64,000 nucleotides of DNA from an uncultured bacterium (GTDB lineage Bacteria; Patescibacteriota; Patescibacteriia; SG8-24; DYFX01), in NCBI GenBank assembly GCA_937900255.1, contig CALCDZ010000004.1:20857-84856 (forward strand), read 5' to 3'. Positions within the stretch are counted from its first letter, which is position 1, and each line of letters opens with the position of its first letter. Below, piece by piece: positions 31,873 to 41,484 of this stretch. The notes beneath the pieces were generated by a model, which did not search any database, was not told the DNA's origin, and was given only the letters and a program-made list of their open reading frames with translations. A program made the translations under genes and the position numbers.

Positions 31873-33282
31873 ATGGAATCCCAGAAACGTATTTTTGTTT
31901 TGGAAACGCTCCAGCATATCGGCGAGGAAGTCGTGCTCAAAGGGTGGGTGCATGTGCGCCGCAACATGGGCAAGATGATCTTCATCGAGCTGCGCGACCG
32001 CACCGGCATCATCCAGGTCGTCTTCCACCCGGGCAATCCGGACGCGCTCGCCGCGGCCGCCGATCTCCGTTCCGAATACGTCGTGGCTATCCGCGGCAAG
32101 GTCAACAAGCGGCCGGAGAAGCAGGTCATGGCCGAACAGCCGACGGGCACGGTCGAGTTCGAAGCGCTCGAACTGACGGTGCTGAACGCCGCCAAGACGC
32201 CCCCCTTCGAACTCACGGCCGATACGCGCGGCGTCGATGAGGAATTGCGGTTGAAGTACCGCTATCTCGACTTGCGGTCCGAACGCATGCGCAAGAACAT
32301 CGAGCTGCGTCACAAGGTCACCAAGTTCTTCCGCGATTTCCTGACGGAAAAGAATTTCTTCGAGATCGAGACGCCCATCCTGACCAAGGGCACGCCGGAA
32401 GGCTCGCGCGAATACCTGGTGCCGTCGCGCCTGCACGCCGGCAAGTTCTACGTGCTGCCGCAGTCGCCCCAGCAGTTCAAGCAGCTGCTCATGGTCGCCG
32501 GCATGGAGCGCTACTTCCAGGTGGCGCGCTGCTTCCGCGACGAGGACCAGCGCGGCGACCGCCAGCCGGAATTCACCCAGCTCGATATGGAGATGTCGTT
32601 CATCGAGGAAGAGGATATCATCTCGCTCATCGAGGAGATGCTCATCAAGCTGGTGGAGACCGTGTCGCCGGAGAAGAAGATCCTCCAGAAGCCCTTCCCG
32701 CGCCTGTCCTACAAGGAGGCGATGGAGAAGTACGGCAACGACAAGCCGGACCTGCGCGTCAACAAGGACGACCCGAACGAGCTGGCTTTCTGCTGGGTCG
32801 TCGATTTCCCGCTCTTCGAGAAATCCGAGTCCGAAGGCCGTCTCGTTTCCGCCCATCACCCTTTCACCGCCCCTCGCGACGAGCATAAGGCGATGCTCGA
32901 CACCGACCCGGCCAGCGTCATCGCCAAGGCGTATGACATTGTGCTGAACGGCTACGAGATCGGCGGCGGCTCCATCCGTATCCACGACCGCGAGACCCAG
33001 AAGAAGATCTTCCAGATCCTGGGCGCCACCGACGAGGAGATCCAGTCGCGCTTCGGCCACATGCTGGAAGCCTTCGAGTACGGCGCGCCTCCGCATGGCG
33101 GCTGCGCTCCGGGCATCGACCGCATCGTCATGCTCCTGGCGGGGGAACCGAACATCCGCGAGGTCATCACCTTCCCCAAGACCGGCGACGCGCGCGACCC
33201 GATGATGGGCGCTCCCGCCCCCATGCCGGAAGCCCAATTGCAGGAAGCGCACATCCTGGCCTTGGCCCCGAAAATGAAGTAA
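31873..33282 (+). CDS. aspS: Aspartate--tRNA ligase, short form without GAD insert
   Basis: [40 protein letters not shown]. Confidence 0.95.
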   Translation: MESQKRIFVLETLQHIGEEVVLKGWVHVRRNMGKMIFIELRDRTGIIQVVFHPGNPDALAAAADLRSEYVVAIRGKVNKRPEKQVMAEQPTGTVEFEALELTVLNAAKTPPFELTADTRGVDEELRLKYRYLDLRSERMRKNIELRHKVTKFFRDFLTEKNFFEIETPILTKGTPEGSREYLVPSRLHAGKFYVLPQSPQQFKQLLMVAGMERYFQVARCFRDEDQRGDRQPEFTQLDMEMSFIEEEDIISLIEEMLIKLVETVSPEKKILQKPFPRLSYKEAMEKYGNDKPDLRVNKDDPNELAFCWVVDFPLFEKSESEGRLVSAHHPFTAPRDEHKAMLDTDPASVIAKAYDIVLNGYEIGGGSIRIHDRETQKKIFQILGATDEEIQSRFGHMLEAFEYGAPPHGGCAPGIDRIVMLLAGEPNIREVITFPKTGDARDPMMGAPAPMPEAQLQEAHILALAPKMK

Positions 33283-33291
33283 AATAGCCCT

Positions 33292-33894
33292 ATGGCTGTC
33301 GCCAAACCGCTCCTCACGTATCTCGACAAGGCCGAAATCTCGTACGAAATCGTCCCTCACAAGAAGGTCTACACCGCCTATGATTTGGCGCAGACGCTCG
33401 GCGAGAAGCTCGACGGCATCGCCAAGACGCTGCTCGTGAAGGTAGAGCTCCCGAAAGTCGACAAGCGTGGCAAGCATTACATCCTGGTGATTCCCGCTTC
33501 GTATCGGGCCAACTTCGCCAAGATCAAGAAAGCGCTGAAGGCCAAGAAGGTGGAGATGGCGGTCGAGAAGACGCTCAAGAAGCTGAAGCTCAACCCGGGA
33601 GCGATCACGCCGTTCGGCGGCTATCACAAGCTGGAAATCCTGGTCGATAAGGCCCTGCTCAAGACCAAGCACGCCCTGGTGTCGGCCGGCGCTCACACCG
33701 AAGCCCTGCGCGTGAAGGTCAAGGACTTGCATGAGAAGGAAGGCGCCACGCTCGGCCAGTTCGGCGACAAGGCCAAGATCCAGCTCCAGAAATTCATGAA
33801 GAAGGCCGCCGGGAACGGCGTGAAGAAGGCTGCGAAGAAGGTCGTCAAGGCGTTCGGGAAGGCCAAGAAGGTCCTGAAGAAAAAGAAGGCTTGA
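33292..33894 (+). CDS. YbaK/EbsC aminoacyl-tRNA deacylase family protein with Lys-rich tail
   Basis: YTAYDLAQ, AKTLLV, GAITPFG, AGAHTEAL. Confidence 0.85.
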   Translation: MAVAKPLLTYLDKAEISYEIVPHKKVYTAYDLAQTLGEKLDGIAKTLLVKVELPKVDKRGKHYILVIPASYRANFAKIKKALKAKKVEMAVEKTLKKLKLNPGAITPFGGYHKLEILVDKALLKTKHALVSAGAHTEALRVKVKDLHEKEGATLGQFGDKAKIQLQKFMKKAAGNGVKKAAKKVVKAFGKAKKVLKKKKA

Positions 33895-34595
33895 TGTACG
33901 GGATTAAGATCGAGAAATTCGAAGGTCCTCTCGACCTCCTGCTCAAGCTGATCGAGCGGGAGGAGCTTGATATCACGCAGGTCGCGCTCGCCAAGGTCAC
34001 CGACCAATATATCGATCAGCTGAAGGCCTTGGCGGAAATCCCGGCCGAAGAATTGGCGGACTTCCTGGTCGTGGCGGCCCGGTTGCTGTTCCTCAAGTCC
34101 AAGATGCTGCTGCCTTTGCTGCAGTGGGACGAGGAGGACGAGGATGGCGACCTGGAACGGCGCCTCCGGATGTACAAGGAGTACGTCGAAGCGGCCAAGA
34201 AGATCCAAGCCATGCTTTCCAAGCGGCGGCATACCTTCGTCCGCGAGAAACCACCGGCCTCCGCGCTCGGTTTCGCCCCGCCTAAGGACCTGACGGCAGA
34301 CAAGATGGCGGAACTTTTCCGGGACGTGCTCCGCCGCCTGGTGCCGGTGGTCAAGCCGCCCGAAGGCGTCATCGAGAAGACCGTCTCGATCCATGAGAAG
34401 ATCCGTTCCATCCAGGATCTCATCGCCAAGCATTCGCGCCTCAGCTTCTCGGGCATGCTCAAGGACGCCGGCACGCGCGCCGAGATCATCGTCACGTTCC
34501 TGGCGCTGCTCGAACTGGTCAAGCAACGGCACGTGACCGTCCGGCAAGGCGCCCACTTCGGCGAGATCGAGCTCGAGACCGCCTCATCCACGTAA
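33894..34595 (+). CDS. scpA: Segregation/condensation protein A
   Basis: FEGPLDLLL, LKSKMLLP, TFLALLEL. Confidence 0.95.
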   Translation: MYGIKIEKFEGPLDLLLKLIEREELDITQVALAKVTDQYIDQLKALAEIPAEELADFLVVAARLLFLKSKMLLPLLQWDEEDEDGDLERRLRMYKEYVEAAKKIQAMLSKRRHTFVREKPPASALGFAPPKDLTADKMAELFRDVLRRLVPVVKPPEGVIEKTVSIHEKIRSIQDLIAKHSRLSFSGMLKDAGTRAEIIVTFLALLELVKQRHVTVRQGAHFGEIELETASST

Positions 34596-34604
34596 GCCAC
34601 GGCC

Positions 34605-35210
34605 ATGTCGGTCAAATCGGAAATCGAAAGCCTGCTGTTCGTCTCCAGCCGCCCGCTCACGGTCAAGCGGCTGGCAGAAATCACGGGACATCCCAAGGAA
34701 GAGGTCGCGGGAGCGCTCGAAGCGCTCACCTCCGAGCTTGACGCTCGCGCGGACGCCGGTTTCGTCGTGCTCCGGAGCGGGGATGAAGTGCAGCTGGCTA
34801 CCAGCCCGGACAACGCCGAGATGGTCAAAGGCTTCCTGAAGGACGAGAGCTTCGGCGAACTCACCCGCCCCGCGCTTGAGACGCTCACGATCATCGGCTA
34901 CCGCGGCCCGCTCACCAAGGCCGAACTCGAGCAGATCCGCGGCGTCAACTGCAGCCTGATCCTGCGCAACCTGATGATCCGCGGTCTGGTGGAGACCGAG
35001 GGCGGCAAGACCGATGATCCGACCGCCCCCGCCCTCTACCGCACGACGTTCGATTTCCTCCGCTATCTCGGCCTGCGGTCGACATCGGAACTTCCCGACT
35101 ACGAGCATCTCCGCAGCGACGAGAACCTGCAGAAGCTCATCGAGGCGCAAAAGCCTCCGACCGCCGCCCCGGCCGAAAATCCGACCGAACCTCAAACTGA
35201 CGCCGCTTGA
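34605..35210 (+). CDS. scpB: Segregation/condensation protein B
   Basis: IESLLFVS, LETLTIIGYRGP, IRGVN, YRTT..FL. Confidence 0.95.
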   Translation: MSVKSEIESLLFVSSRPLTVKRLAEITGHPKEEVAGALEALTSELDARADAGFVVLRSGDEVQLATSPDNAEMVKGFLKDESFGELTRPALETLTIIGYRGPLTKAELEQIRGVNCSLILRNLMIRGLVETEGGKTDDPTAPALYRTTFDFLRYLGLRSTSELPDYEHLRSDENLQKLIEAQKPPTAAPAENPTEPQTDAA

Positions 35211-35218
35211 CGGTTCGT

Positions 35219-36166
35219 ATGGCCGCTTTTTTCCTGCACATGCTCATGCTCTCGGTCTTTACGGGCGTCACCGCTCGCACGGACCTTTTGCGCCCGCCGT
35301 CGGTCACGTTCGCCGCCGCTCCTTCGAGCGGCGATTCTGCGCAGCCTGGGCCGTCGCAAGGGCCGAAGGATTCGGCCGTCGCACCTCCGCGCAAGATCGA
35401 CCCGGCAAGCCTGGGCGTCCGCCTGACGGCGCCGACCTCGGCCTTGGTCGACGTCCGGAGCGGCGAGATCCTTTTTTCGGAAGGCGACGACCGCGTGGCT
35501 CCGATCGCCTCGATCACCAAGCTCATGACCGCGCTCGTCCTGCTCGACGCGAAACCGGACTGGGACGCGCCGGTCACGATCGAGGCGGGCGACAACGCCC
35601 TTGAGGGCATCCAGTATCTCAAGGTAGGGGACACGCTTTCGGCTCGCGACGCCTTCAAGGTCATGCTGGTCGGTTCGGCCAACAACTGCGCGATGGCCCT
35701 TTCGCGTTCCGCGGGCATGACCCGCGAGCAGTTCGTCGCCCGGATGAATTCCAAGGCGCGCGAGCTCGGGCTGTCCCACACCGTCTTCGTCGACCCGACA
35801 GGCTACTTGCCGCAGAACCGTTCCGTCGCGCTGGAGGTTGCGCGCTTGGCGTACGCGGCGGTCTCGCGTCCGGAAGTGCGCGACGCCCTCACGACCAAGC
35901 GCCTCAGCGTCCGTACCTCCGCAGGCGTCGAACGGGACGTTCCCGCGACGGACGAGCTGCTTGACAGTTTCCTGAACCAGGGCGATTTCCAGATCGTCGG
36001 CGGCAAGACCGGCTATACGCAGGAAGCCGGCTATACGCTCGTATTGCGCGCCAAGAAGGGCGCTGCTGACGTCATCGCGGTGACGCTCGGCAGCTCCAGT
36101 TCCGACGCGCGTTTCCAGGACGCCAAGAGCCTGCTGTTCTGGGGATTCAAAACGTTCGAATGGTGA
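35219..36166 (+). CDS. D-alanyl-D-alanine carboxypeptidase (peptidase S11)
   Basis: SITK, SAN and KTG penicillin-binding motifs; signal peptide. Confidence 0.9.
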   Translation: MAAFFLHMLMLSVFTGVTARTDLLRPPSVTFAAAPSSGDSAQPGPSQGPKDSAVAPPRKIDPASLGVRLTAPTSALVDVRSGEILFSEGDDRVAPIASITKLMTALVLLDAKPDWDAPVTIEAGDNALEGIQYLKVGDTLSARDAFKVMLVGSANNCAMALSRSAGMTREQFVARMNSKARELGLSHTVFVDPTGYLPQNRSVALEVARLAYAAVSRPEVRDALTTKRLSVRTSAGVERDVPATDELLDSFLNQGDFQIVGGKTGYTQEAGYTLVLRAKKGAADVIAVTLGSSSSDARFQDAKSLLFWGFKTFEW

Positions 36167-36187
36167 ACGTGCTAGAATGGAGGGACT

Positions 36188-37351
36188 ATGCGTATCGCCA
36201 TCGATTGCCGACCGATCACGGATCCGGAGAGCGGGGGAATGGCCGGCATCGGCCACTACGCGCATTCGCTGGTCCGGCATCTTCTCAGGATCGACGAGGA
36301 AAACGCCTATACCCTTCTTTTTGACGAGCGCGTCTCCAAGGATACGGTCAACCTCCTGATCGGAGGCCATCGCAACGCCGAGCGGAAGATCCTGCCGCTT
36401 TCCCGTTTCAAGCGGTTTTTCCCGTATGCGTACTCTCACCGGTACGTGGCTTCGGCGATCGTGAAGACCGGCGCGGACATCTTTCACGGCACGACCGGCA
36501 GCCTGCCTCTCGGATATCGCGGCCGCAGCGTCGTCACGGTCCATGATATGGCGATTTACCTGCACCCGGAGTGGTTCCCGGGCGGGCAGTTCTTTTCCCG
36601 CAGGCTGGTCGTGCCGGCCAGCTTGAGGCGCGCCGAGAGGCTGATCGCCGTTTCGGAGTCCACCAAAGAGGACTTGCGGCGGCTGTTCCTGGTGCCGTCC
36701 GAGAAGATCGCCGTCGTGCATGAAGGCGTCGAGCCGCCGCCGCCCGGAGCCTGGGACCTGCCGGCCCTCAAGGGTTTGGAGAAGCCGTATCTGCTGTTCC
36801 TCGGGACGGTCGAGCCCCGCAAGAACGTCGAAGGGCTCGTCAGGGCGTATGTCTCGCTGGCCGAGCGTTTCCCGAAGTTGGCATCCGGAGCCGAACTCGT
36901 GATCGCCGGCGGCCGCGGTTGGAAATCCGAGGCGGCTTTCGCCGCCATCGAGGCCGCCAACCGCCGTTTCGGGCGTTCCGGCCCGCGCATCCGCGCGCTC
37001 GGATACGTGCCGGAAGAGGACAAGATCGCGCTCATGGCGCGTGCCAAGGCTTTCGTCTTCCCCAGCCGCTATGAAGGCTTCGGTTTGCCCGTGCTCGAAG
37101 CCATGGCCCTCGGCGTGCCGGTCATCACGTCCAACCTTTCTTCTTTGCCGGAGATCGCTGGGCGCGGAGCGGCCCTGCTGGTCGATCCGGAAAATCCGGT
37201 CGAAATCTCGCTGGCGATGAAGCACCTCCTGGAGGACGAAGCCAAGCGCGCCGAACTCGGCCGCCGCGGGCTCATGCGTTCGACCGATTTCCGCTGGGAC
37301 AAGATGGCGGGGGAGACGCTCGAAGTCTATGAGGAAGCGGCCAGGGCTTGA
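36188..37351 (+). CDS. Glycosyltransferase family 4
   Basis: VTVHD, GTVEPRKN, EGFGLPVLEAM. Confidence 0.93.
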   Translation: MRIAIDCRPITDPESGGMAGIGHYAHSLVRHLLRIDEENAYTLLFDERVSKDTVNLLIGGHRNAERKILPLSRFKRFFPYAYSHRYVASAIVKTGADIFHGTTGSLPLGYRGRSVVTVHDMAIYLHPEWFPGGQFFSRRLVVPASLRRAERLIAVSESTKEDLRRLFLVPSEKIAVVHEGVEPPPPGAWDLPALKGLEKPYLLFLGTVEPRKNVEGLVRAYVSLAERFPKLASGAELVIAGGRGWKSEAAFAAIEAANRRFGRSGPRIRALGYVPEEDKIALMARAKAFVFPSRYEGFGLPVLEAMALGVPVITSNLSSLPEIAGRGAALLVDPENPVEISLAMKHLLEDEAKRAELGRRGLMRSTDFRWDKMAGETLEVYEEAARA

Positions 37352-37393
37352 CGCTCCAGGCCCCTTCGGTTATAGTTCCGCTAGCCATATCGA

Positions 37394-37469
37394 CGCGGGG
37401 TAGAGCAGTTGGCAGCTCGGCGGGCCCATAACCCGCAGGTCGCGGGTTCGAGTCCCGCCCCCGCAACCA
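37394..37469 (+). tRNA. Initiator tRNA-fMet(CAT)
   Basis: C1:A72 mismatch, A11:U24, GGG/CCC anticodon stem, CCA; promoter TTGACG-17-TATAGT. Confidence 0.95.
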
Positions 37470-37502
37470 AAAGACCCTCAGCTTCACCGCTGAGGGTCTT
37501 TT
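37469..37502. terminator. Bidirectional terminator between tRNA-fMet and sigma gene
   Basis: AAAAGACCCTCAGC / GCTGAGGGTCTTTT. Confidence 0.8.
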
Positions 37503-37520
37503 CGTAAAGAAAAATCGCCG

Positions 37521-38558
37521 TCATCTGCGGCGATCCGTGCGGATTTCGGAGAGGATCGCGCCCAGCCCTCTGGACTTTCGGAGTTTGCGCATGAGTTGGA
37601 CGTCGATCTGCCGGATCCTTTCCCCGCTCAGTCGGCAGATGGCCCCGATTTCCTTGTAGGTGAGGCCGTTGCCGCCCTTCAGCCCGTAGCGCAGTTTAAG
37701 GATCTTCCTTTCCAGCGGGGTCAGCGCTTGGATGGCTTCCTTCAGTCTTGCGGCGGCGGCTTCCGGTATCAGCGTCGTCCAAGGCGGCGTCTCTTCAGCT
37801 TCTTCCGACGGGACGCTTTCCCCCAAGGTCGCACCTCCTTCGTCCATCGTTGCGATAGGACGATCGAGCGAGAGCGGTTGGCGGAGGTTCGTCTGGATTC
37901 GGCGTATGTTCTTGATGAGCGCCTTCAGCGACAAGGACCCATGATCGCCCTCGCGCCGTTTCAGCTTATCCGCGGCATGGAGCGCTTGGGCGACTTCCTC
38001 ATCGTGGGGTTCACGACCCAACCGCGCCCGCAATTCCGCGCGTGCGACGTCGACCCTGCGCGAGAACGTCAGCATCTGCGACGGGATGCGTATCAGTCGC
38101 GCCTTGCGCGTTATCGCGTGCCCGATGCGCTGCCGTATCCACCAAGTCGCGTAGGTCGAGAACCGTACGCCCCGGCGTTCATCATAGCGTAGTGCGGCGC
38201 ACATCAACCCGATGCCGCCCTCCTGCATGAGGTCCTCGATCGGCATGACCGATTGCCCATGATGATTGCGTACATGGGCGATGACGAGACCCAGATTCGA
38301 TCGGACGAAGCGGTCCCGCAGTTTCAGGCCTTCCGGCGTGGCGTAGCGGGAAAAGATCGTATCGATATCGTGGACGTCTTGCACCCCTGCCGATTCGGCG
38401 GCCTTTTTGGTCGCTTCCACATGGGCGCGCATTTCGCATCCGATCTGGCGCTCCTCTTCAAGCGTCAGGAGCCTTGATTTGCCATCAGCGAGCCTTTTTC
38501 GGAGGCTTCCGGGCGTATCGCCAGCCGCGTGTTGGGCGGTCTTTTTCCCGTTTCGCAT
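37521..38558 (-). CDS. RpoD/RpoS-like sigma-70 factor lacking region 1.1
   Basis: SNLGLV, DLMQEGGIGL, FSTYATWWIRQ, SLDRPI, TYKEIG..SGERIRQI. Confidence 0.9.
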   Translation of the reverse strand: MRNGKKTAQHAAGDTPGSLRKRLADGKSRLLTLEEERQIGCEMRAHVEATKKAAESAGVQDVHDIDTIFSRYATPEGLKLRDRFVRSNLGLVIAHVRNHHGQSVMPIEDLMQEGGIGLMCAALRYDERRGVRFSTYATWWIRQRIGHAITRKARLIRIPSQMLTFSRRVDVARAELRARLGREPHDEEVAQALHAADKLKRREGDHGSLSLKALIKNIRRIQTNLRQPLSLDRPIATMDEGGATLGESVPSEEAEETPPWTTLIPEAAAARLKEAIQALTPLERKILKLRYGLKGGNGLTYKEIGAICRLSGERIRQIDVQLMRKLRKSRGLGAILSEIRTDRRR

Positions 38559-38685
38559 GCGGTCCTCCCGCGCGTTCCCGATGAAGCCGGGCGCTCTCCC
38601 ATGTCAGCAGGTACCTTCTCCGATGTCAAGCCGCGGCTCTTGCCAAACGAAAGGGTTTTTGATAGCATTTTGCCGGTAAGCCCGC

Positions 38686-38762
38686 GGCGGGATAGCTCAG
38701 TTGGTTAGAGCGTGGGACTCATAAGCCCAAGGTCGAGGGTTCAACTCCCTCTCCCGCTACCA
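38686..38762 (+). tRNA. Elongator tRNA-Met(CAT)
   Basis: GGCGGGA/TCCCGCT acceptor, CTCATAA loop, CCA; Ile2 identity not excluded. Confidence 0.88.
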
Positions 38763-38813
38763 GAAAAGACCTCATCGCGAGATGGGGTTTTTTCTTTGCT
38801 GACGTCAACGGCG

Positions 38814-40115
38814 CTATACGGCGTGGACCTGGATGCCATCCAGCAATGCGTTGACGGCCTTGCCGCCGAAATACCGGCTCAGTTTCAGGGACTTGGCGGG
38901 CGTCGGCTGCGGAAGTCCGCCTGCGTCATTCACGACCTTTTCCAGCCAATCGAATATGACGGGCTGCGAGGTGCCGGCTCCTCCGACCTGGCAATGGCTG
39001 GCCGCCCACCCCTCATCAAAAAGGAACTCGTGAAAGGAGGCGGGTCGAGGCAGATCCTTCATGAACTGAAGTGCGGTGAGTCCCGTCCGCTCGTTGGTCT
39101 GCGCGTATTCGGCTTCTCCGTACAGGAGCAATACGGGACGATCCATTTTGGGCGCCAGATCCTTGACGCTGAAGGGTTTCCAGAATTCCATCACCTCATG
39201 CGGTTCCGAGACCCCCATCATCCAGCGGAAGTGATTCATGAGGCCGAACAGCTGGATGTTCCTGCTTTCCAGGAAAGCGAAGACGGCATCGTTCTTGAAG
39301 ATCGCCGGCATCGTCGCATCCCACGCCTCGTTGACGTCCACGGCCATGCCGTTGGCGATGCACGCGCAGATGCGTTTTTCGTAGGCGGTGATGCGTACTC
39401 CTAGCCCTGCACCCATGGAATAGCCGATGAGGGCGATCTTTTTCTCATCGACCTCCTCGCGACGGACCAGCCAATCCACGACCGCCTTGGCCGGCGCCTC
39501 ATAGTCGGCACGCAGGTGGAAACTGGGATTCATCTGCAGCGCGCTCCATTGGCCTGGTCCTTCGAACGTCAGGAAATTCCAGCCGCGTTCCGCAGCCGCG
39601 AAGCCGATCCAATGGACCAGCTCTTCGTTCGTCGAATCGCCTCCGTTCACGGCCATGAGCGTCGGACGCTTCCCGGCCCGCCTGGCCGGCAGGAAGTACC
39701 CGGGCATTTCAGCGCCTTCGAACGGAATGCGGATCGGTTCGACCCGGGCATCGAGGAGCCCTGCTCCTTTTTCGAAAGCCTCGCGGCTTTTCCTGATGGC
39801 GGCTGTGCGGCGCGGGTCGAGATGATCGGTGAAATACATGCCGGTCCGCGTGTAGTTGCTCGCCCGAAGATAGGCTTCGCGCGCTGTCACGAGGCTGCCT
39901 GCTTGATGCGCCTTTTCCGCTTTTTGAAGGACATCATCGGCCAGGGCGAGCCACTCCTTGATCCAGCTCTCGCGGTCGCCTTTCCTGATCCTTCCGGTCG
40001 CGGCGAGGCATTCGTCGAGCGCGGCACCTTTCGTCGGAGCGACACTGAGGGCCCTGATGACGTCGAACGATTCGGTGCCGACGTCCATCTGACGGTCCCT
40101 GAAGTCGAGATTCAT
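38814..40115 (-). CDS. Alpha/beta hydrolase (FrsA-like/S9-type)
   Basis: YLRASNY, GGDST.EE, EGPGQ, nucleophile GYSMG, SHCQ. Confidence 0.88.
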   Translation of the reverse strand: MNLDFRDRQMDVGTESFDVIRALSVAPTKGAALDECLAATGRIRKGDRESWIKEWLALADDVLQKAEKAHQAGSLVTAREAYLRASNYTRTGMYFTDHLDPRRTAAIRKSREAFEKGAGLLDARVEPIRIPFEGAEMPGYFLPARRAGKRPTLMAVNGGDSTNEELVHWIGFAAAERGWNFLTFEGPGQWSALQMNPSFHLRADYEAPAKAVVDWLVRREEVDEKKIALIGYSMGAGLGVRITAYEKRICACIANGMAVDVNEAWDATMPAIFKNDAVFAFLESRNIQLFGLMNHFRWMMGVSEPHEVMEFWKPFSVKDLAPKMDRPVLLLYGEAEYAQTNERTGLTALQFMKDLPRPASFHEFLFDEGWAASHCQVGGAGTSQPVIFDWLEKVVNDAGGLPQPTPAKSLKLSRYFGGKAVNALLDGIQVHAV

Positions 40116-40142
40116 GGTTTTATCGATAGGTGAGTGAGCGGC

Positions 40143-40610
40143 CTATTTCCTCGCGTCATCGCCGAAAGCATCTTCGACTTCGGCGAGGACGCGCAGAAAC
40201 GCATCTATCTCTTCCTTAGGGCGTTCACGCATGATTCGCCTGAGCTTGTCCAGCGTCGGCGCCGCGTGACGCTCATGCGCTTCGAACGCAGCCCGTCCCT
40301 TCGGCGTCAGTTCCAGCGGCGTTTCCCTGCGGTTATGGCCTTGTCTCGTCTTTTTCACGAGGCCGTCGGCCGTCAACTTGGTGACGATCTGGGAAATCGC
40401 GCCCTTCGTTACCATCGCGTGTCCGCTCAGGGCGGTGATGGTTGCGGCGCGGTTCTTCCCGATGGCCTCGATGACGTGGAGCGTGGAGGGGCCGAGAAGG
40501 CGATTCCCGACCCGCAGAGGCTTTTTGGATGCCGCCTCGTATATCAGGAAGATCCTGGAAAAGATCTTGACGCCCTCTTCAAGGCGATGCCGGATGTCTC
40601 GGGCATGCAT
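40143..40610 (-). CDS. MarR family transcriptional regulator
   Basis: LHVIEAIG, VTKGAISQ..KL...GLV, LTPKGR winged HTH. Confidence 0.9.
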   Translation of the reverse strand: MHARDIRHRLEEGVKIFSRIFLIYEAASKKPLRVGNRLLGPSTLHVIEAIGKNRAATITALSGHAMVTKGAISQIVTKLTADGLVKKTRQGHNRRETPLELTPKGRAAFEAHERHAAPTLDKLRRIMRERPKEEIDAFLRVLAEVEDAFGDDARK

Positions 40611-40626
40611 ACGATGTCTGCCAATG

Positions 40627-40641
40627 GTTTAGTATCTAAAC
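40627..40641. promoter_or_regulatory. Probable MarR operator
   Basis: Perfect inverted repeat GTTTAG-tat-CTAAAC 16 nt upstream of the marR start. Confidence 0.6.
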
Positions 40642-40782
40642 TATTAGTAACATGCGCGGCTCCCGAAGTCAACTCCGTTGGAGGACGCGGGGCCGAGATC
40701 GCGATTCCGGAGCGGTATGCCTCGGGCGGGGAGTGGCCGGACCGTTGCCGCCGGCGTACGCCGGTGCTATACTCCCATGCGT

Positions 40783-41265
40783 ATGTTCATCACGACGCAC
40801 GCCGCGATCGGCGCTTTGGTGGGGGTCGCCGTACCGAACCGGTATCTGGCCTTCGCGCTCGGGTTCCTCTCGCACTTCCTGGCGGACCGCATCCCGCATG
40901 GGGACGAGCACATGCTCGATGGCTACAAATCAGGCGAAAAGACCAGGCGGGCGGTCGCCTACGTCACGATCGATTCGGTCATCGCCATGTACGTGACGTT
41001 GATGATCCTCTCGAACGCGCCCGCCGACCTGCACGGCCCGATGAAATGGGGACTCATCGGCAGCGTCCTCCCGGACCTCCTCGTCGGCGTCTATGAGCTC
41101 ACCAAGGTCCAACCGTTCTTCCGTCGCTTCACCGCCTTCCATCACCAGAACCACCATCTCTGGATCGGCAAGTACCGCAAGGGCAAGGACATCCCGTTCA
41201 AGTGGGGAGTGGCCTATCAGATGGTCGCCGCCGTCATCCTGGTCAAGATCGCCGTGCTCGGTTGA
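40783..41265 (+). CDS. Membrane protein, YdjM-like metal-dependent hydrolase
   Basis: TTH, SHFLADRIPH, LPD and FHH conserved His/Asp residues within TM segments. Confidence 0.65.
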   Translation: MFITTHAAIGALVGVAVPNRYLAFALGFLSHFLADRIPHGDEHMLDGYKSGEKTRRAVAYVTIDSVIAMYVTLMILSNAPADLHGPMKWGLIGSVLPDLLVGVYELTKVQPFFRRFTAFHHQNHHLWIGKYRKGKDIPFKWGVAYQMVAAVILVKIAVLG

Positions 41266-41299
41266 TCGAAAAAAGCCTCTCCGGCCGGAGGGGCTTTTT

Positions 41300-41385
41300 T
41301 GGTGCCACGGGAGGGACTTGAACCCTCATGACCTTGCGATCGGGGGATTTTGAGTCCCCTGCGTCTGCCATTTCGCCACCGTGGC
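41300..41385 (-). tRNA. tRNA-Leu(CAA)
   Basis: GCCACGG/CCGTGGC acceptor, CTCAAAA loop, long variable arm, CCA. Confidence 0.94.
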
Positions 41386-41484
41386 GCGGTTTTCAGCGCG
41401 AAACTAGGCTCAGTTTATGGCACGGTCGGACCCTTGTCAATCGTGCCTTGCCGTGCTCGTACCCCTCGGCTACACTGTATGCGT

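Noticed and set aside
37394-41385. Integrative element at the tRNA-Met/Leu cluster
   Set aside because: No integrase and no duplicated tRNA 3' end found
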